From assembly GCA_963771355.1 (NCBI GenBank), contig CAVYTA010000002.1:1-64000 (forward strand): a stretch of DNA of 64,000 nucleotides, in the 5' to 3' direction. Below the pieces are notes generated by a model. That model saw only the letters and a program-made list of their open reading frames with translations. It was not told the origin of the DNA and ran no database searches. The position numbers were made by a program, and so were the translations under genes. Origin of the DNA: an uncultured Candidatus Rokubacteria bacterium. Its GTDB lineage: Bacteria > Methylomirabilota > Methylomirabilia > Rokubacteriales > CSP1-6. Positions 42,952 to 54,384 of this stretch are shown here, piece after piece. Position 1 is the first letter of the stretch. Each line of letters begins with the position of its first letter.

Positions 42952-43908
42952 TTACTTCAGGTGCTTGTGGAGCCAGCGCACGATGCGCTCGCGCTCGGGC
43001 CCGGACTCCTCGACCCGCTCGGGAATTTTCAGGAACTCGTGGTCGGCACCCTCCACCACCGAGAGCGTGGTGGGCACGTCCACCAGGGTCAGGGCATTGG
43101 TCATGGCCAGCGAGTGGCTCAGGAAGGCGTCCTCGTCCCCGCACGAGATGTAGGTGGGCGGCATCTTCGCGAGATGCGGATTGTGAATGGGGCTCACCAG
43201 CGGATGGCGCATCCGGTCGGTGAAGTTGGTGCCGAGATAGGACACGACGAAGAGCTCGGCGATACCGGCATAGTAGTGCGGCTCGAAGATCCACCGCGGG
43301 ACGTCCAGCACCCCGAAGTGGAGCACCGCGGCGCGGAAGCGCACGGGCACGCCGGCCAGGTCCCCACCCTCGAGCCCCTCCTCGGAGCCATGGAGCGCCA
43401 GCGTGGTGCACGCGCTGAGATTGCCGCCCGCCGAGCCGCCCCCCACCGCCAGGCGATTCGGGTCGCCCCCGTACTTCGCGATATTGCGGACGATCCAGCG
43501 CGCGGCGTAGATGCAGTCCTGGAGCCCCGCGGGAAAGGGATGCTCGGGCGCGAGGCGATAGTTCAGGTTGACCACCACGAAGCCCGCCGCGCAGAGCTGC
43601 ATGGCGAACTTCCGCTCGCCCTTGGCGCTGCCGGTGAACCAGCCGCCCCCGTGGATGTGCAGCAGCACGGGAAACGGACCCGTTCCCTTGGGCGTGTAGA
43701 TCTCGGCGTTGGGATAGCCGCCCCCCGCCTCACGCAGGACGACGTCGTGGCTCTTCCCGATCTCGGGCAGATCCACGTTGAGATCCTCGAACAGCTTGGC
43801 GCCCGCCGGGCGCCGGGAGACCAGATCCTGCACCGACGTGGCGCGCGTGTACTCGACGGGCTTCCCGGCAATCTTGGAGCGCCAGTTCCCCATGTTTGGA
43901 TGCGGCAT
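42952..43908 (-). CDS. Alpha/beta hydrolase (HSL family)
   Basis: HGGGW, YRLAPEHPFPA, GGSAGG. Confidence 0.85.
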   Translation of the reverse strand: MPHPNMGNWRSKIAGKPVEYTRATSVQDLVSRRPAGAKLFEDLNVDLPEIGKSHDVVLREAGGGYPNAEIYTPKGTGPFPVLLHIHGGGWFTGSAKGERKFAMQLCAAGFVVVNLNYRLAPEHPFPAGLQDCIYAARWIVRNIAKYGGDPNRLAVGGGSAGGNLSACTTLALHGSEEGLEGGDLAGVPVRFRAAVLHFGVLDVPRWIFEPHYYAGIAELFVVSYLGTNFTDRMRHPLVSPIHNPHLAKMPPTYISCGDEDAFLSHSLAMTNALTLVDVPTTLSVVEGADHEFLKIPERVEESGPERERIVRWLHKHLK

Positions 43909-43939
43909 CAGAAGTCCTCGTGGTCGCGGTGCGACGGGT

Positions 43940-45415
43940 TCACGACGGTTTCCGGCGATAGTCGGACATCGTGGCGGGCGCCAGCCCGGCCAGCGCCACG
44001 TCCAGGCGTGACGGCGCGCGTCCCTCGCGCTCGGCGATCTCCTTGCGGGCCACGCCGGCGCGGACCACGTGGCCGCCGAGGAAGCGCAGCGGCTCGGGCG
44101 GGAAGCGACCGCTCCGCGCGCGCTCGAAGCACTCGCTCAGGGCCGCCCACTCGTCCCGGCGGCCCAGCACGGAAGAGGCGAGGATGCGGCCGCCCAGCGC
44201 GCTGGCCCCCACGCCGTGGCCCGAGTAGCCGATCGCGTAGTGGATGCGGTCGCTCGACGACAGCGTGCTGAACCAGGGCAATCCGGTGGTCGAGCGGTCG
44301 ATGGGCCCCGCCCAGCTCCGGGTGATGGGAACGTCGCGCAGCTCGGGATAGAGAAATCGGAAGTCGCGCTCGACTTCTCGCGACTGCGTCGGGGACCAGT
44401 CGAAGGCCGGCCGCATGCGGCCCGCGAAGGCGATGGTGCCGCCGCCCCGGCCCAGGTACACCTGGCCCTTGGGCGTGATGCCGCCGTAGTTGACCATCAG
44501 GCGCGAGTTGAAGCCCCCCGGCCGCCGGCGCAACCCGAGGTGCTCCAGCAGCTCCGGAATGGGATCCGTGGCCACGATCTCGCTCGACACCACCATCACC
44601 GAGGGCCGGAACTCGGAGAGGTGTGCCATCCACGCATTGGCCGCCATGACGACCTTGTCGGCGGTGATGGTGCCCGCCGCGGTCTGGACCTCGAGCCCCT
44701 GGGGCCCCGGCGCGATGCGGCTGACGGGCGAGCGCTCGTACACCTCCGCGCCCAGGGCGAGCGCCGTCTGGCGCAGGCCCCGCGCGAAGAGCGCCGGCTG
44801 CACCCGCGACGCGCGCTCGTCGATCACCCCCGCCAGATAGGGGCCCTTCTGCCCGAACAGCTCACCCAGCTCTTCCGCGCCGAGCCGTCGCCACGGCGGC
44901 GCGAGGCCCACCTCGTCGGCGGCGCGGAACGCGGCCTCCCACGCGCCCACCTGGGCCGGAGCGGTCGCGCTCCATACCGAGCGGCCGCGGCGCCACTCGC
45001 ACGGCAGCTTGCGCTCGGTCACGATGGCTTCGATATCCTCCACCCCCTGGATGCTGGCCCGGAGCACGCGCAGCGCGTCCTCCTTGCCGAGCATCGTGAT
45101 CAGGGTGGGCAGCTTGCCCCACCAGGTGCCGATACCGCCGCTGCAGCGGCCGCTGGCCCCGGTGCCGCAGAGATCGGCCTCGACGACGGCGACCGTCACC
45201 CCGGGATCCAGCTCGCGCAGGCGGATCGCCGTCCACAGCCCGGTGAATCCGCCTCCGATGATGGCGACGTCGACCCAGCGCGCGCCCTGGAGAACGTGCG
45301 CCGGCTCGGTCGTCGCGTCGAAGGCCTCGTGCAGCCAGAGCGACCGGTGCTCCGGTCCCGCGGCGTTTGGCCGCCACGGCTGGAACGAGAGGCCGGTGAA
45401 CCCTCGCGTGGCCAT
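43940..45415 (-). CDS. FAD-dependent amine/amino-acid oxidoreductase (DAO/PuuB-like)
   Basis: IIGGGFTG, GASGR, GYSGHGV. Confidence 0.85.
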   Translation of the reverse strand: MATRGFTGLSFQPWRPNAAGPEHRSLWLHEAFDATTEPAHVLQGARWVDVAIIGGGFTGLWTAIRLRELDPGVTVAVVEADLCGTGASGRCSGGIGTWWGKLPTLITMLGKEDALRVLRASIQGVEDIEAIVTERKLPCEWRRGRSVWSATAPAQVGAWEAAFRAADEVGLAPPWRRLGAEELGELFGQKGPYLAGVIDERASRVQPALFARGLRQTALALGAEVYERSPVSRIAPGPQGLEVQTAAGTITADKVVMAANAWMAHLSEFRPSVMVVSSEIVATDPIPELLEHLGLRRRPGGFNSRLMVNYGGITPKGQVYLGRGGGTIAFAGRMRPAFDWSPTQSREVERDFRFLYPELRDVPITRSWAGPIDRSTTGLPWFSTLSSSDRIHYAIGYSGHGVGASALGGRILASSVLGRRDEWAALSECFERARSGRFPPEPLRFLGGHVVRAGVARKEIAEREGRAPSRLDVALAGLAPATMSDYRRKPS

Positions 45416-45422
45416 GGGCCCG

Positions 45423-46502
45423 TTACTCGAGCGTCTTGCGCACGGTGTCCTCGAACTTGGCCCGCACCGCCATGTAGTCCGCCGGCGCGATGGGCACCAG
45501 CGCGTCGACCAGCGCCTGGAGCTTGGGCCAGTCGGGCGGCGTCTGGACCCCGGGCATGAGCGGATAGCTATAGCCCTTGGTGACGAGCGCCATCTGGGCC
45601 TCCGGGGTGACGAACCAGGCCTGGAAGAGCTGCGCCATCTTGGCATTGGGCGCGCCCTTGAGGATCGCGGTGCCGCCGTAGAGCGGGACCACCATGCCGG
45701 GGACGGCCCGGAAGCCCACCGGCGCGCCCGCTTCCTTCAGGCGCAGGTAGCGCGAGAACGAGCCCCACGGGATCATCCGCACCGAGCCCTGGGTGAGGTT
45801 CGCGTAGTAGGGCGTCACGCTCGGCACCGTGGTGGCATTGTCGCGCAAGGCCTTCATCATCGGCGGGTCGATCTTCCCGCTGTTGTAGAGCTCGATCCAG
45901 CACAAGGCGATCAGGGCGCCCGCGAGCGGGTTGTCCATGATCATGCCCTTGTGCTTCGGATCGGTGAGGTCCTTGATGCTCCGGGGCAGGTCGGCCTCGG
46001 TCATCTTCTGCGTGTTGTAGACGACGCCGAACACGTCCGCGAACTGGATGACGAAGCGCCCCTGCGGGTCCACGTAGCGCTGCGGCAGCGCGCCCAGGTT
46101 CGGCGGGCGGAAGGGCTGCGCCCGGTCCTTGGCCACGTTCGAGAGCAGCTCGGTCATGCCCGCCATGAGGATGTCCGCGCCGTACTGGCCGCTGGCGGCC
46201 TCGGCGTCGAGCTTGCTCACCAGGGCGGCCCCGGAGAGCGGGTTGGGGACCACCGCCATGCCGGGGAAGCGCGCGCTGAACACCTCCCACAGCGGCTTGA
46301 AGATGGCGGAGTAGCCGCCGTAGACCACCACCTCCGACTGCTTGGCCTCTTTCGCGGCCGCGTAGAGCTGCATCACCGCCCGGGCATTGGTGTCGCCGCC
46401 CGCCCACGACACATCCTGGGCGCCGGCCACCGAGCTGCTCAGACCGGCGGCGACGATCGCGACCGCGCTCACCGCCATCCGGAACACTTTCCGACTTCTC
46501 AT
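45423..46502 (-). CDS. ABC substrate-binding protein (Fe3+/thiamine-type)
   Basis: Signal peptide; YNT; KGAPNAKMAQLF. Confidence 0.8.
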   Translation of the reverse strand: MRSRKVFRMAVSAVAIVAAGLSSSVAGAQDVSWAGGDTNARAVMQLYAAAKEAKQSEVVVYGGYSAIFKPLWEVFSARFPGMAVVPNPLSGAALVSKLDAEAASGQYGADILMAGMTELLSNVAKDRAQPFRPPNLGALPQRYVDPQGRFVIQFADVFGVVYNTQKMTEADLPRSIKDLTDPKHKGMIMDNPLAGALIALCWIELYNSGKIDPPMMKALRDNATTVPSVTPYYANLTQGSVRMIPWGSFSRYLRLKEAGAPVGFRAVPGMVVPLYGGTAILKGAPNAKMAQLFQAWFVTPEAQMALVTKGYSYPLMPGVQTPPDWPKLQALVDALVPIAPADYMAVRAKFEDTVRKTLE

Positions 46503-46524
46503 GTCCTTCTCCTTGGATAGGGGG

Positions 46525-48222
46525 TCATGCCGCTCGATAGGCACTGCGCAAGCGGAGCCTGGACACCAGGCCGACCAGCCCGCTGAGCGCGACGTACAGC
46601 AAGGCCACCCCGACGATGGCGACCAGCAGCAGCACCAGCAGCGCGCTCGCCTGGGTGGGAACTCCCGAGATGATGTGGGTGTAGACGAGCACGGCGACGT
46701 TCGGGCGCGTGGAGGGCAGGAGCATCAGCGGCACGTCCAGCGCCCCCGCGACGATCACCGCGGTGACGAGCCAGCCCGCCACAAAGCTCCGGCTCGTCAG
46801 CCGGAGCACGATGTCCACCAGCACGCGCGCCGAGGACGCGCCGCTCACCGCCGCCGCCTCCTCCAGCTCGCGCGCGATCTGGGCCAGCGCGCCCCGCACC
46901 GCGCGGCTCGCGATGGGCATGACCACGACCACCAGGCCGATCAGCGTCAGCCAGAAGGTCCCGTAGAGCCGGCGCAGGCCGGGGACCGACACGTAGGCCC
47001 ACATGAGCCCGATGGCCAGGACCACCCCCGGCATGACGATGGGGCTCAGAACGGCCGTCTCGAGATAGCGCTCCAGCCACTTCCCGGAGCGGCGGCCCAC
47101 GTGGCCCACCAGCATGGCCAGGCTCATCGCGATGAAGCCCCCCAGGATGGCCAGCTCCGCGGTGGTCCGGAAGGCGCCCAGCGTCTGGCGGTCGCCCAGC
47201 ACCGCCTGGAAATTCTTGAGCGTCATCCCCCAGATCCCGATGGTGGGCTGGAACGCGGTGAGCACGAGCTGGGTGACCGGCAAGACGAGGCTCACCAGGG
47301 CATAGACCACGATGGCGGCGGTGCCCAGCGCGCCCCACCGGCCGATGTCCCAGCGATCCTGCTTGAAACCCTTGCCGGTGACGGTGACGAACCGGCCCAG
47401 CTTCACCACGCGCCACTGGACGGCGAGGAGCAGGGCCAGCGCCGCCATCATGAACAGCGCCAGCGCGCTGGCGCGGGCGTAGTCCGGAGGGACGGAGAAG
47501 TTCACCGCCTTGAAGACCTCCGTCGAGAGCACCGAGATCTGCGGCAGGCCGCCCAGGATCTGGGGGATGTCGAAGGTGCCCAGCCCGAACACCGTCCCGA
47601 TGATCACCACGCCGAACAGCGCCGGGGTCATCAGGGGGATGTCGATGCGGAACACGGTGCCGAGCCGGCCCGCCCCCGCGATCAGCGAGGCTTCCTCGAA
47701 GCTCCGGTTCATGCTCTCGAAGGGGCCCAGCAGCAGGAGATAGCAGAAGCCGGTGAGCTTGAGCGACTGGACCACGATGAGGCCGGCCCACGAGTACGCG
47801 TTGAACGGGCTCCACGCGCCCCCGCTGAGGAAGCGCGTGGCCACGTTGAGGAGCCCGGCGCCGGGATCGGCGAGCAGCGCCCAGCTGATGGCGTAGAAGA
47901 GGTTGGGCGCGGCGAAGACCAGCAGCATCACCGGCGTGATGAGCCGGCGCAGCGCCACCGTGGTGCGCGTGGCGAGGAAGGCGAAGATCGCGCCCAGCAG
48001 GGTCGCCAGCGCGGTGGTGGTGACCGCGTAGATCACGGAGTTCTGGAGCGCGGCATAGGTGTGCCGGCTGCTGAAGGTGCGCGTGATGGTGTCGAGGGTC
48101 CAGTGTCCCGGCACGCCCGGCGGGGTGCTGCTGAAGATCCCGATGACGAGCATGGCGATGGGCCACACGAAGAGGAACCCCACCAGCAGCACCAGCGCGC
48201 CCATGGCGAGCCGGGCGCCCAT
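46525..48222 (-). CDS. ABC permease (FbpB-like, duplicated)
   Basis: Two EEAA loops. Confidence 0.85.
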   Translation of the reverse strand: MGARLAMGALVLLVGFLFVWPIAMLVIGIFSSTPPGVPGHWTLDTITRTFSSRHTYAALQNSVIYAVTTTALATLLGAIFAFLATRTTVALRRLITPVMLLVFAAPNLFYAISWALLADPGAGLLNVATRFLSGGAWSPFNAYSWAGLIVVQSLKLTGFCYLLLLGPFESMNRSFEEASLIAGAGRLGTVFRIDIPLMTPALFGVVIIGTVFGLGTFDIPQILGGLPQISVLSTEVFKAVNFSVPPDYARASALALFMMAALALLLAVQWRVVKLGRFVTVTGKGFKQDRWDIGRWGALGTAAIVVYALVSLVLPVTQLVLTAFQPTIGIWGMTLKNFQAVLGDRQTLGAFRTTAELAILGGFIAMSLAMLVGHVGRRSGKWLERYLETAVLSPIVMPGVVLAIGLMWAYVSVPGLRRLYGTFWLTLIGLVVVVMPIASRAVRGALAQIARELEEAAAVSGASSARVLVDIVLRLTSRSFVAGWLVTAVIVAGALDVPLMLLPSTRPNVAVLVYTHIISGVPTQASALLVLLLVAIVGVALLYVALSGLVGLVSRLRLRSAYRAA

Positions 48223-49325
48223 CAGGCGGCCAGCACCACGATCTGATCGGGCGCCACGAAGAGCTCCACCGCGGACCCGACCTCGAGCCGTCCGGCGGCC
48301 CCGCCCGCCGCGCGCTCGTCCAGTCGCGCCACCAGCCGGGTGCCGTAGGCGTCGAGCACGTACTCGGTGAGGTCGCCCACGTACATCGCGTCCACCACGT
48401 GGGCCTTGAGCGATGACGTCTCGGGCGCCGCGTCGCCGCGGAAGCTGCCGCCGCGGATGGCCAGGGTGACCCGCGCGCCGACGGGAAAGCGCCGGGCGCG
48501 ATCCGGGACGCCGCCGGTGAGCCCGGTGGGCCAGCCCTTCGGCCGCACCGAGAGCGCGGCCTCCGAGCTCTGCGTCACCTCGGCCTCGAGGAAGTTGTCG
48601 TAGCCGACGAACTCCGCCACCCACCGGTTCGCCGGGGCGCCGAAGATCTCCCGCGGCGTCCCGATCTGCTCGAGGCGGCCCCGGTTCATCACCACCACGC
48701 GGTCGGACAGGGTGGCGGCCTCGAGCTGGTCGTGGGTCACGTAGACCGAGGTGGTCCGGATCTCCCGGTGGATGCGGCGCAGCTCCCGTCGCATGTAGGC
48801 GCGCAGCGACGAGTCCAGATTGGACAGCGGCTCGTCCAGGAGGAGCACGCGGGGCTTGCTGACCAGGGCGCGCGCCAGCGCCACCCGCTGCTGCTGCCCG
48901 CCCGACAGATCCGAGGTGGCGCGCTCGTGCAGCTCGTCGAGCCCTACCAGCCGGAGGGCGTCCCGCACGCGGCCGCGGATCTCGGCCCGCGGGACGCCCC
49001 GGACCTTGAGGGGGTACGCGACGTTGCCATAAACGCGCATGTGGGGCCAGAGGGCGTAGCTCTGGAAGACCATGCCCAGCCCGCGCTTGTTGGGGGGGAC
49101 GGACAGGCCCTTTTCCCCGTGGGCCATCACTGCGCCGCCGATGGTGATCCGGCCCTCGTCCGGGGACTCGAGCCCCGCGATGCAGCGGAGCGTGGTGGTC
49201 TTGCCACAGCCGGAGGGGCCCAGCAGGGACAGGAATTCTCCTTCGTGAACGACCAGATCGATCCCATCGACCGCGGTGATCCCGCCGTAGCGTCTCGTCA
49301 GGCGGCTGATGGTGATCTCACTCAT
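48222..49325 (-). CDS. ABC ATPase (PotA/FbpC-like)
   Basis: GPSGCGKTT, LSGGQQQR, TOBE-like C-terminus. Confidence 0.9.
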   Translation of the reverse strand: MSEITISRLTRRYGGITAVDGIDLVVHEGEFLSLLGPSGCGKTTTLRCIAGLESPDEGRITIGGAVMAHGEKGLSVPPNKRGLGMVFQSYALWPHMRVYGNVAYPLKVRGVPRAEIRGRVRDALRLVGLDELHERATSDLSGGQQQRVALARALVSKPRVLLLDEPLSNLDSSLRAYMRRELRRIHREIRTTSVYVTHDQLEAATLSDRVVVMNRGRLEQIGTPREIFGAPANRWVAEFVGYDNFLEAEVTQSSEAALSVRPKGWPTGLTGGVPDRARRFPVGARVTLAIRGGSFRGDAAPETSSLKAHVVDAMYVGDLTEYVLDAYGTRLVARLDERAAGGAAGRLEVGSAVELFVAPDQIVVLAA

Positions 49326-49392
49326 GGCTGGCTCGGCGATCTAACTGAGCACTATCGCCCCGGCCCCCGGCCGCGGGCTGTATCAATCTATA

Positions 49393-49452
49393 CCGGCCGC
49401 CCATGGGCTATCCCGGCCGCCCATGGGCTATCCCGGCGCGCATGGGCTCTCC
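49393..49452. repeat. 20-bp direct repeat x3 (CCGGCCGCCCATGGGCTATC)
   Basis: Two exact copies and one degenerate copy, intergenic. Confidence 0.8.
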
Positions 49453-49469
49453 GGCGGGAGCGGGACGGC

Positions 49470-50111
49470 CTAGCGGGCGTCGAGGGCCAGGGGGTCCAGG
49501 ACGCGGATGCGCCCCCCCTCGTTCTCGATCACGCCGGCGAGCGAGAGCCGCTTGAGCGCGCGGGTCACGGTGACGCGCGTGGTCCCGGTGAGGCCGGCGA
49601 TCTCCTCGTGGGTGAGCTCGACCTCGGTATAGATCTCCCCCAGCCGGCGCAGCAGCTCGGCGATCCGCACCTCCGCGGAGGACAGCGCGGAATAGGCCAG
49701 CCGCACGGTGGCGATGCGCTGCTTGACCGAGATGAGCCGCAGCAGCGAGAAGGCCAGCTCCGGGGTCTCGCGAATGGCGTCCTCGATCTTCTCGGCGTTG
49801 AAGCGGACCAGGGTCGCGTCCTCGAGCACGGTGGCCATCGAGAAGCGCGGCAGCCCATCGAAGGCGGCCGCCTCGCCGCACAGCGCACCCTTGCCCATGA
49901 ACTCCATGACCAGCTCCGTCCCGTCCGGGCGCAGCACGGACACCTTCAGCTTGCCGGACAGCACGAAGTAGAAGTAGGGGCTCACCTCGCCCTGCTCGTA
50001 TACCGTGCGCCCCGCCTGGAGGCTGATCCGGTCCCCGGGTGGCCCCGACTCGAGCCAGAGCCGGACGGTGTCCTCGGCCACCCGCCAGGTTTCTATGGGA
50101 TGACGCCGCAT
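49470..50111 (-). CDS. Crp/Fnr family transcriptional regulator
   Basis: cNMP-binding fold (GEAAAFDGLPR); HTH LTHEEIAGLTGTTRVTVTRAL. Confidence 0.9.
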   Translation of the reverse strand: MRRHPIETWRVAEDTVRLWLESGPPGDRISLQAGRTVYEQGEVSPYFYFVLSGKLKVSVLRPDGTELVMEFMGKGALCGEAAAFDGLPRFSMATVLEDATLVRFNAEKIEDAIRETPELAFSLLRLISVKQRIATVRLAYSALSSAEVRIAELLRRLGEIYTEVELTHEEIAGLTGTTRVTVTRALKRLSLAGVIENEGGRIRVLDPLALDAR

Positions 50112-50113
50112 GG

Positions 50114-51661
50114 CTACGGGCGCATGCCGTGCGCCGACGGGCCCGGCGTGCGCAGGGGGGCGGCGAGGTGAGCCCACTCGCAGAGCAGCGGGCGCGTCTC
50201 GCGCGGATCCACGATCTCCTCGATCCAGAAGGTCTCCGCGGAGCGGAAGGGCGAGCGGAGCTTGTTGAGGCGCTCCTCGATCTCGGCCATCTTGGCGCCG
50301 CGGTCGGGCGCGGCGTCGAGGTCCGCGCGATACGCGGCCTCGATGCCTCCCTCCAGCGGCAAGGAGCCCCAGCGCCCGGAGGGCCAGGCATAGCGCGTGC
50401 AGTAGCGCCCGCCGTTCTGGTGCGCCGCGCCCGCCACGCCGAAGGAGTTGCGGACGATCACCGCGCACCACGGCACCGTGCATTGCCACATGGCCGACAT
50501 CGCGCGCACGCCCTGCTTGATGGTGCCGGTCTGCTCGGCCTCGAGCCCGATGAGGAAGCCGGGGCAGTCCGCGAGGTAGGCCACCGGGAGATGGAAGGTC
50601 TGGGCCATGTCCACGAAGCGCTCGACCTTCTGGCAGGTGTCCGCCGTCCAGGCGCCGCCATAGTGGAACGGGTCCGACGCCATCACCGCCACCGGCCAGC
50701 CGTCCAGCCGCGCCAGCCCGGTGATGACGCTCCGGCCGTAGAGCGGCGCGATCTCGAGGAAGGAGTCGCGGTCCACCACCGCCTCGACGATGGCGCGCAT
50801 CTTGTAGACTTTTCTTGGATCGCGCGGGATCGCGTCGCCCAGCCACTCTTCGCGGCGCGCGGGGTCGTCGGTGATCGGCCCCCGCGGCGGCACGTCGTAG
50901 ATCGACGACGGCAGATAGGAGAGGAAGCGGCGCGCCAGCGCGAAGGCTTCCTCCTCCGTGTCCACCGCATTGTCCACGCCGCCCGCGCGGAGCTGGATCT
51001 GCCAGCCACCGAGCTCGTTCTTGGTGAGCTTCTGGCCGAGCCGCTCGACCACCGGCGGACCCGCGACGAACATCGCCGACCGGTCCTTGATCATCACGGA
51101 GAAGTGCGCCGCGGCCAGGTGCGCGGCGCCGAGCCCGGCCACCGAGCCCAGCCCCAGCGCCACCCGCGGCACCGTCGCCACGTTGGCCACCACCCATTCC
51201 CAGCCGGCCACGCCGGGCACGTTGGCGCGGCCTGTGGTCTCGATGGTCTTGACCGAGCCGCCGCCGCCGGAGCCTTCCACCAACCTGATCAACGGAAGGC
51301 GTAATTCGTTGGCCATCCGCTCGCACATGAGGTGCTTGCCCTTGATGGTCGCGTCGGCGGAGCCGCCGCGGACGGTGAAGTCGTCGCCGCCCACCACCAC
51401 CGGCCGGCCCTCGACCCGGGCGCGCCCGAACACGAAGTTGGACGGCGTCAGGCTCACCAGCTCGTTGCGCTCGTCGTAGGCCGCCCGGCCGGCGATCTTG
51501 CCGATCTCGTGGAAGGAGCCGTCGTCCACCAAGCGGCTGATTCGCTCCCGTATGGTGAGCCGGCCCCCGTCGTGCTGCCGCTTCACCCGCTCGGCGCCGC
51601 CGAGGGCTTCGGCGAACTCCTCGCGCCGACGCAGCTCGTCCATCTCCGGTTTCCAGTTCAT
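50114..51661 (-). CDS. Acyl-CoA carboxylase carboxyltransferase subunit
   Basis: GRLTIRERI, DDFTVRGGS, DCPGFLIG, IVDPRETR. Confidence 0.9.
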   Translation of the reverse strand: MNWKPEMDELRRREEFAEALGGAERVKRQHDGGRLTIRERISRLVDDGSFHEIGKIAGRAAYDERNELVSLTPSNFVFGRARVEGRPVVVGGDDFTVRGGSADATIKGKHLMCERMANELRLPLIRLVEGSGGGGSVKTIETTGRANVPGVAGWEWVVANVATVPRVALGLGSVAGLGAAHLAAAHFSVMIKDRSAMFVAGPPVVERLGQKLTKNELGGWQIQLRAGGVDNAVDTEEEAFALARRFLSYLPSSIYDVPPRGPITDDPARREEWLGDAIPRDPRKVYKMRAIVEAVVDRDSFLEIAPLYGRSVITGLARLDGWPVAVMASDPFHYGGAWTADTCQKVERFVDMAQTFHLPVAYLADCPGFLIGLEAEQTGTIKQGVRAMSAMWQCTVPWCAVIVRNSFGVAGAAHQNGGRYCTRYAWPSGRWGSLPLEGGIEAAYRADLDAAPDRGAKMAEIEERLNKLRSPFRSAETFWIEEIVDPRETRPLLCEWAHLAAPLRTPGPSAHGMRP

Positions 51662-51717
51662 AGAGGCCGATGGTAGCATGGCCGAAGAGGGTCGATCGGT
51701 CCCCCCATAGAGGAGGC

Positions 51718-52196
<479 letters not shown>

Positions 52197-52200
<4 letters not shown>

Positions 52201-54374
52201 TGCCGGCCGCCCGGGCTCGCCGCCCCGCCGCGTTCCCGCTCTCCCGCCGTGCCGTGCTCCAGAGCGGTCTCGTCGCCGGCGCCGGGCTGCTCATCGGCTT
52301 CCGGCTGCCACTCGGCGCCGGGCCCGCCGACGCGCAGGCGTCAGGTGTCTTCGCGCCCAACCAGTGGCTCAAGATCGACCGCGACGGCGTCGTCACCATC
52401 GTGAACTCGGTGCCCGAGATGGGGCAGGGCTCGCTGACCACCATGCCCATGATCGTGGCCGACGAGCTGGACGTGGATCTCCCGCGCGTCAAGGTCGAGC
52501 AGGCGCCCGCCAACCCCAAGCTCTACGCGAATCCCGTCACCGGCTCCCAGTCCTTTGGCGGCAGCCGCGGCGTGCGCGATCACCTCGCCATGCTTCGCAA
52601 GGCGGGGGCCGCCGCACGCGAGATGCTGATGGAGGCGGCGGCCAAGGAGTGGGGCGTCCCCGTGAGCGAGGTGACCACCGAGCCCGGCGCGGCGGTCCAC
52701 ACGCCTTCCGGACGGAAGCTCCCCTACGGACAGCTGGTGGACAAGGCGGCCCAGCTCCCCGTGCCGCAGAATCCGAAGCTCAAGACCCCGGACCAGTTCC
52801 GCTATATCGGCAAGGAGACGCGGCGCCGCGACACCCCGGCCAAGATCAACGGCAGCGGCATCTACGGGATGGACGTACAGGTGCCGGGCATGCTGATCGC
52901 CTCCATCGAGCGCTGCCCGGTGTTCGGTGGCAAGGTGCGGAGCTTCGACGCGACCGCGGCCAAGCAGGTGCCGGGCGTGAAGCAGGTGGTGCAGGTCAGC
53001 AATGGCATCGCGGTGGTGGCCGACGGGTTCTGGAGCGCGGTGAATGGGCGCAAGGCGCTCAAGATCGTGTACGACGAGGGCCCCATGGCCCAGGTGACCA
53101 GCGCGATGATCGACCGCGAGTACGAGACGCTGTCGAAGAGGCCGGGGCAGGAGGCGCGCAAGGACGGCGACGCGGACGCGGTGCTGGGGCGCGGCGGCAA
53201 GGTCGTCGAGGGCATCTACCAGGTGCCCTTCCTGGAGCACGCGTGCATGGAGCCCATGAACGCCACCGCGCACGTGCGGACCGATGCCTGCGAGATCTGG
53301 GCTCCCACCCAGAACCCCGGCGGCACCCAGATCACCGCCGCCCGCCTCACCGGGCTCCCGCTCGAGAAGGTCACCGTGAACACCACGCTCCTCGGCGGCG
53401 GATTCGGCCGGCGCGGGGAGCAGGACTTCATCGTGGACGCGGTGGAGACCGCCAAGGCCGTGGGCGGGCCCGTCAAGGTGATCTGGACCCGGGAAGACGA
53501 TATCCAGCATGGGTTCTATCGCCCCGCCACCTATAACGTTTTTCGCGCCGCCCTGGACGGCAGCGGAAAGCCGGAAGCCTGGTGGAACCGGGTGGTCGGC
53601 CCGGGGATTCTCATTCAGAAGGGCCGGGCGGCGGCGGGCGTCACCATCGACCCCGCGGCGATGGAAGGCGTGCGCAACATGCCGTACGACGTCCCGAACG
53701 TCCGCGTAGAATGGGTGAACAAGGATTTCGGCATTCCGCTGGGCTTCTGGCGCTCGGTGGGGCCCTCGCAGAACGCCTTCATCGTCGAGAGCTTCGTGGA
53801 CGAGCTGGCGCACGCGGCGGGAAAGGACCCGGTGCAGTACCGCCTATCGCTGCTGGGCAAGTCGCCCCGCCATCGGGCGGTGCTGGAGCTGGCCGCGCAG
53901 AAGGCGGGCTGGGGCACGCCGCTCCCGCCGGGCCGCGCGCGGGGCATCGCGGTGGCGTTTTCCTACGGGAGCTACGCGGCGCATGTGGCCGAGGTCTCGG
54001 TGGCGCCCGACGGCAAGCCGAGCGTGCACAAGATCGTGGGCGCGATCGACTGCGGCATCGCGGTGAATCCGGACCAGGTCCGCGCCCAGATGGAAGGCGG
54101 GGCCATCTACGCGCTGACCGCCGCGCTCTACGGCGAGATCACGATCGAGGGGGGTCGCGTGAAGCAGTCCAACTTCCACGACTACCCAATGCTGCGAATC
54201 AATGAATCGCCCGTGATCGAGGCACATATCCTCGACTCGGGAGAAGCCGCGGGCGGGCTCGGCGAGCCGGGCGTGCCCACGGTGGCGCCGGCCGTGTGCA
54301 ACGCGATCTTCGCGCTCACCGGCAAGCGCGTCCGGCGGCTGCCGATACGCACGGACGAGCTGAAGCGCGCCTAG
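52197..54374 (+). CDS. Molybdopterin-binding subunit (IorB-like, Tat signal)
   Basis: [25 protein letters not shown]. Confidence 0.9.
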
Positions 54375-54384
54375 GAGGGAACAC

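Noticed and set aside
49393..49452. CRISPR array
   Set aside because: Repeats are contiguous with no spacers; no cas genes are present
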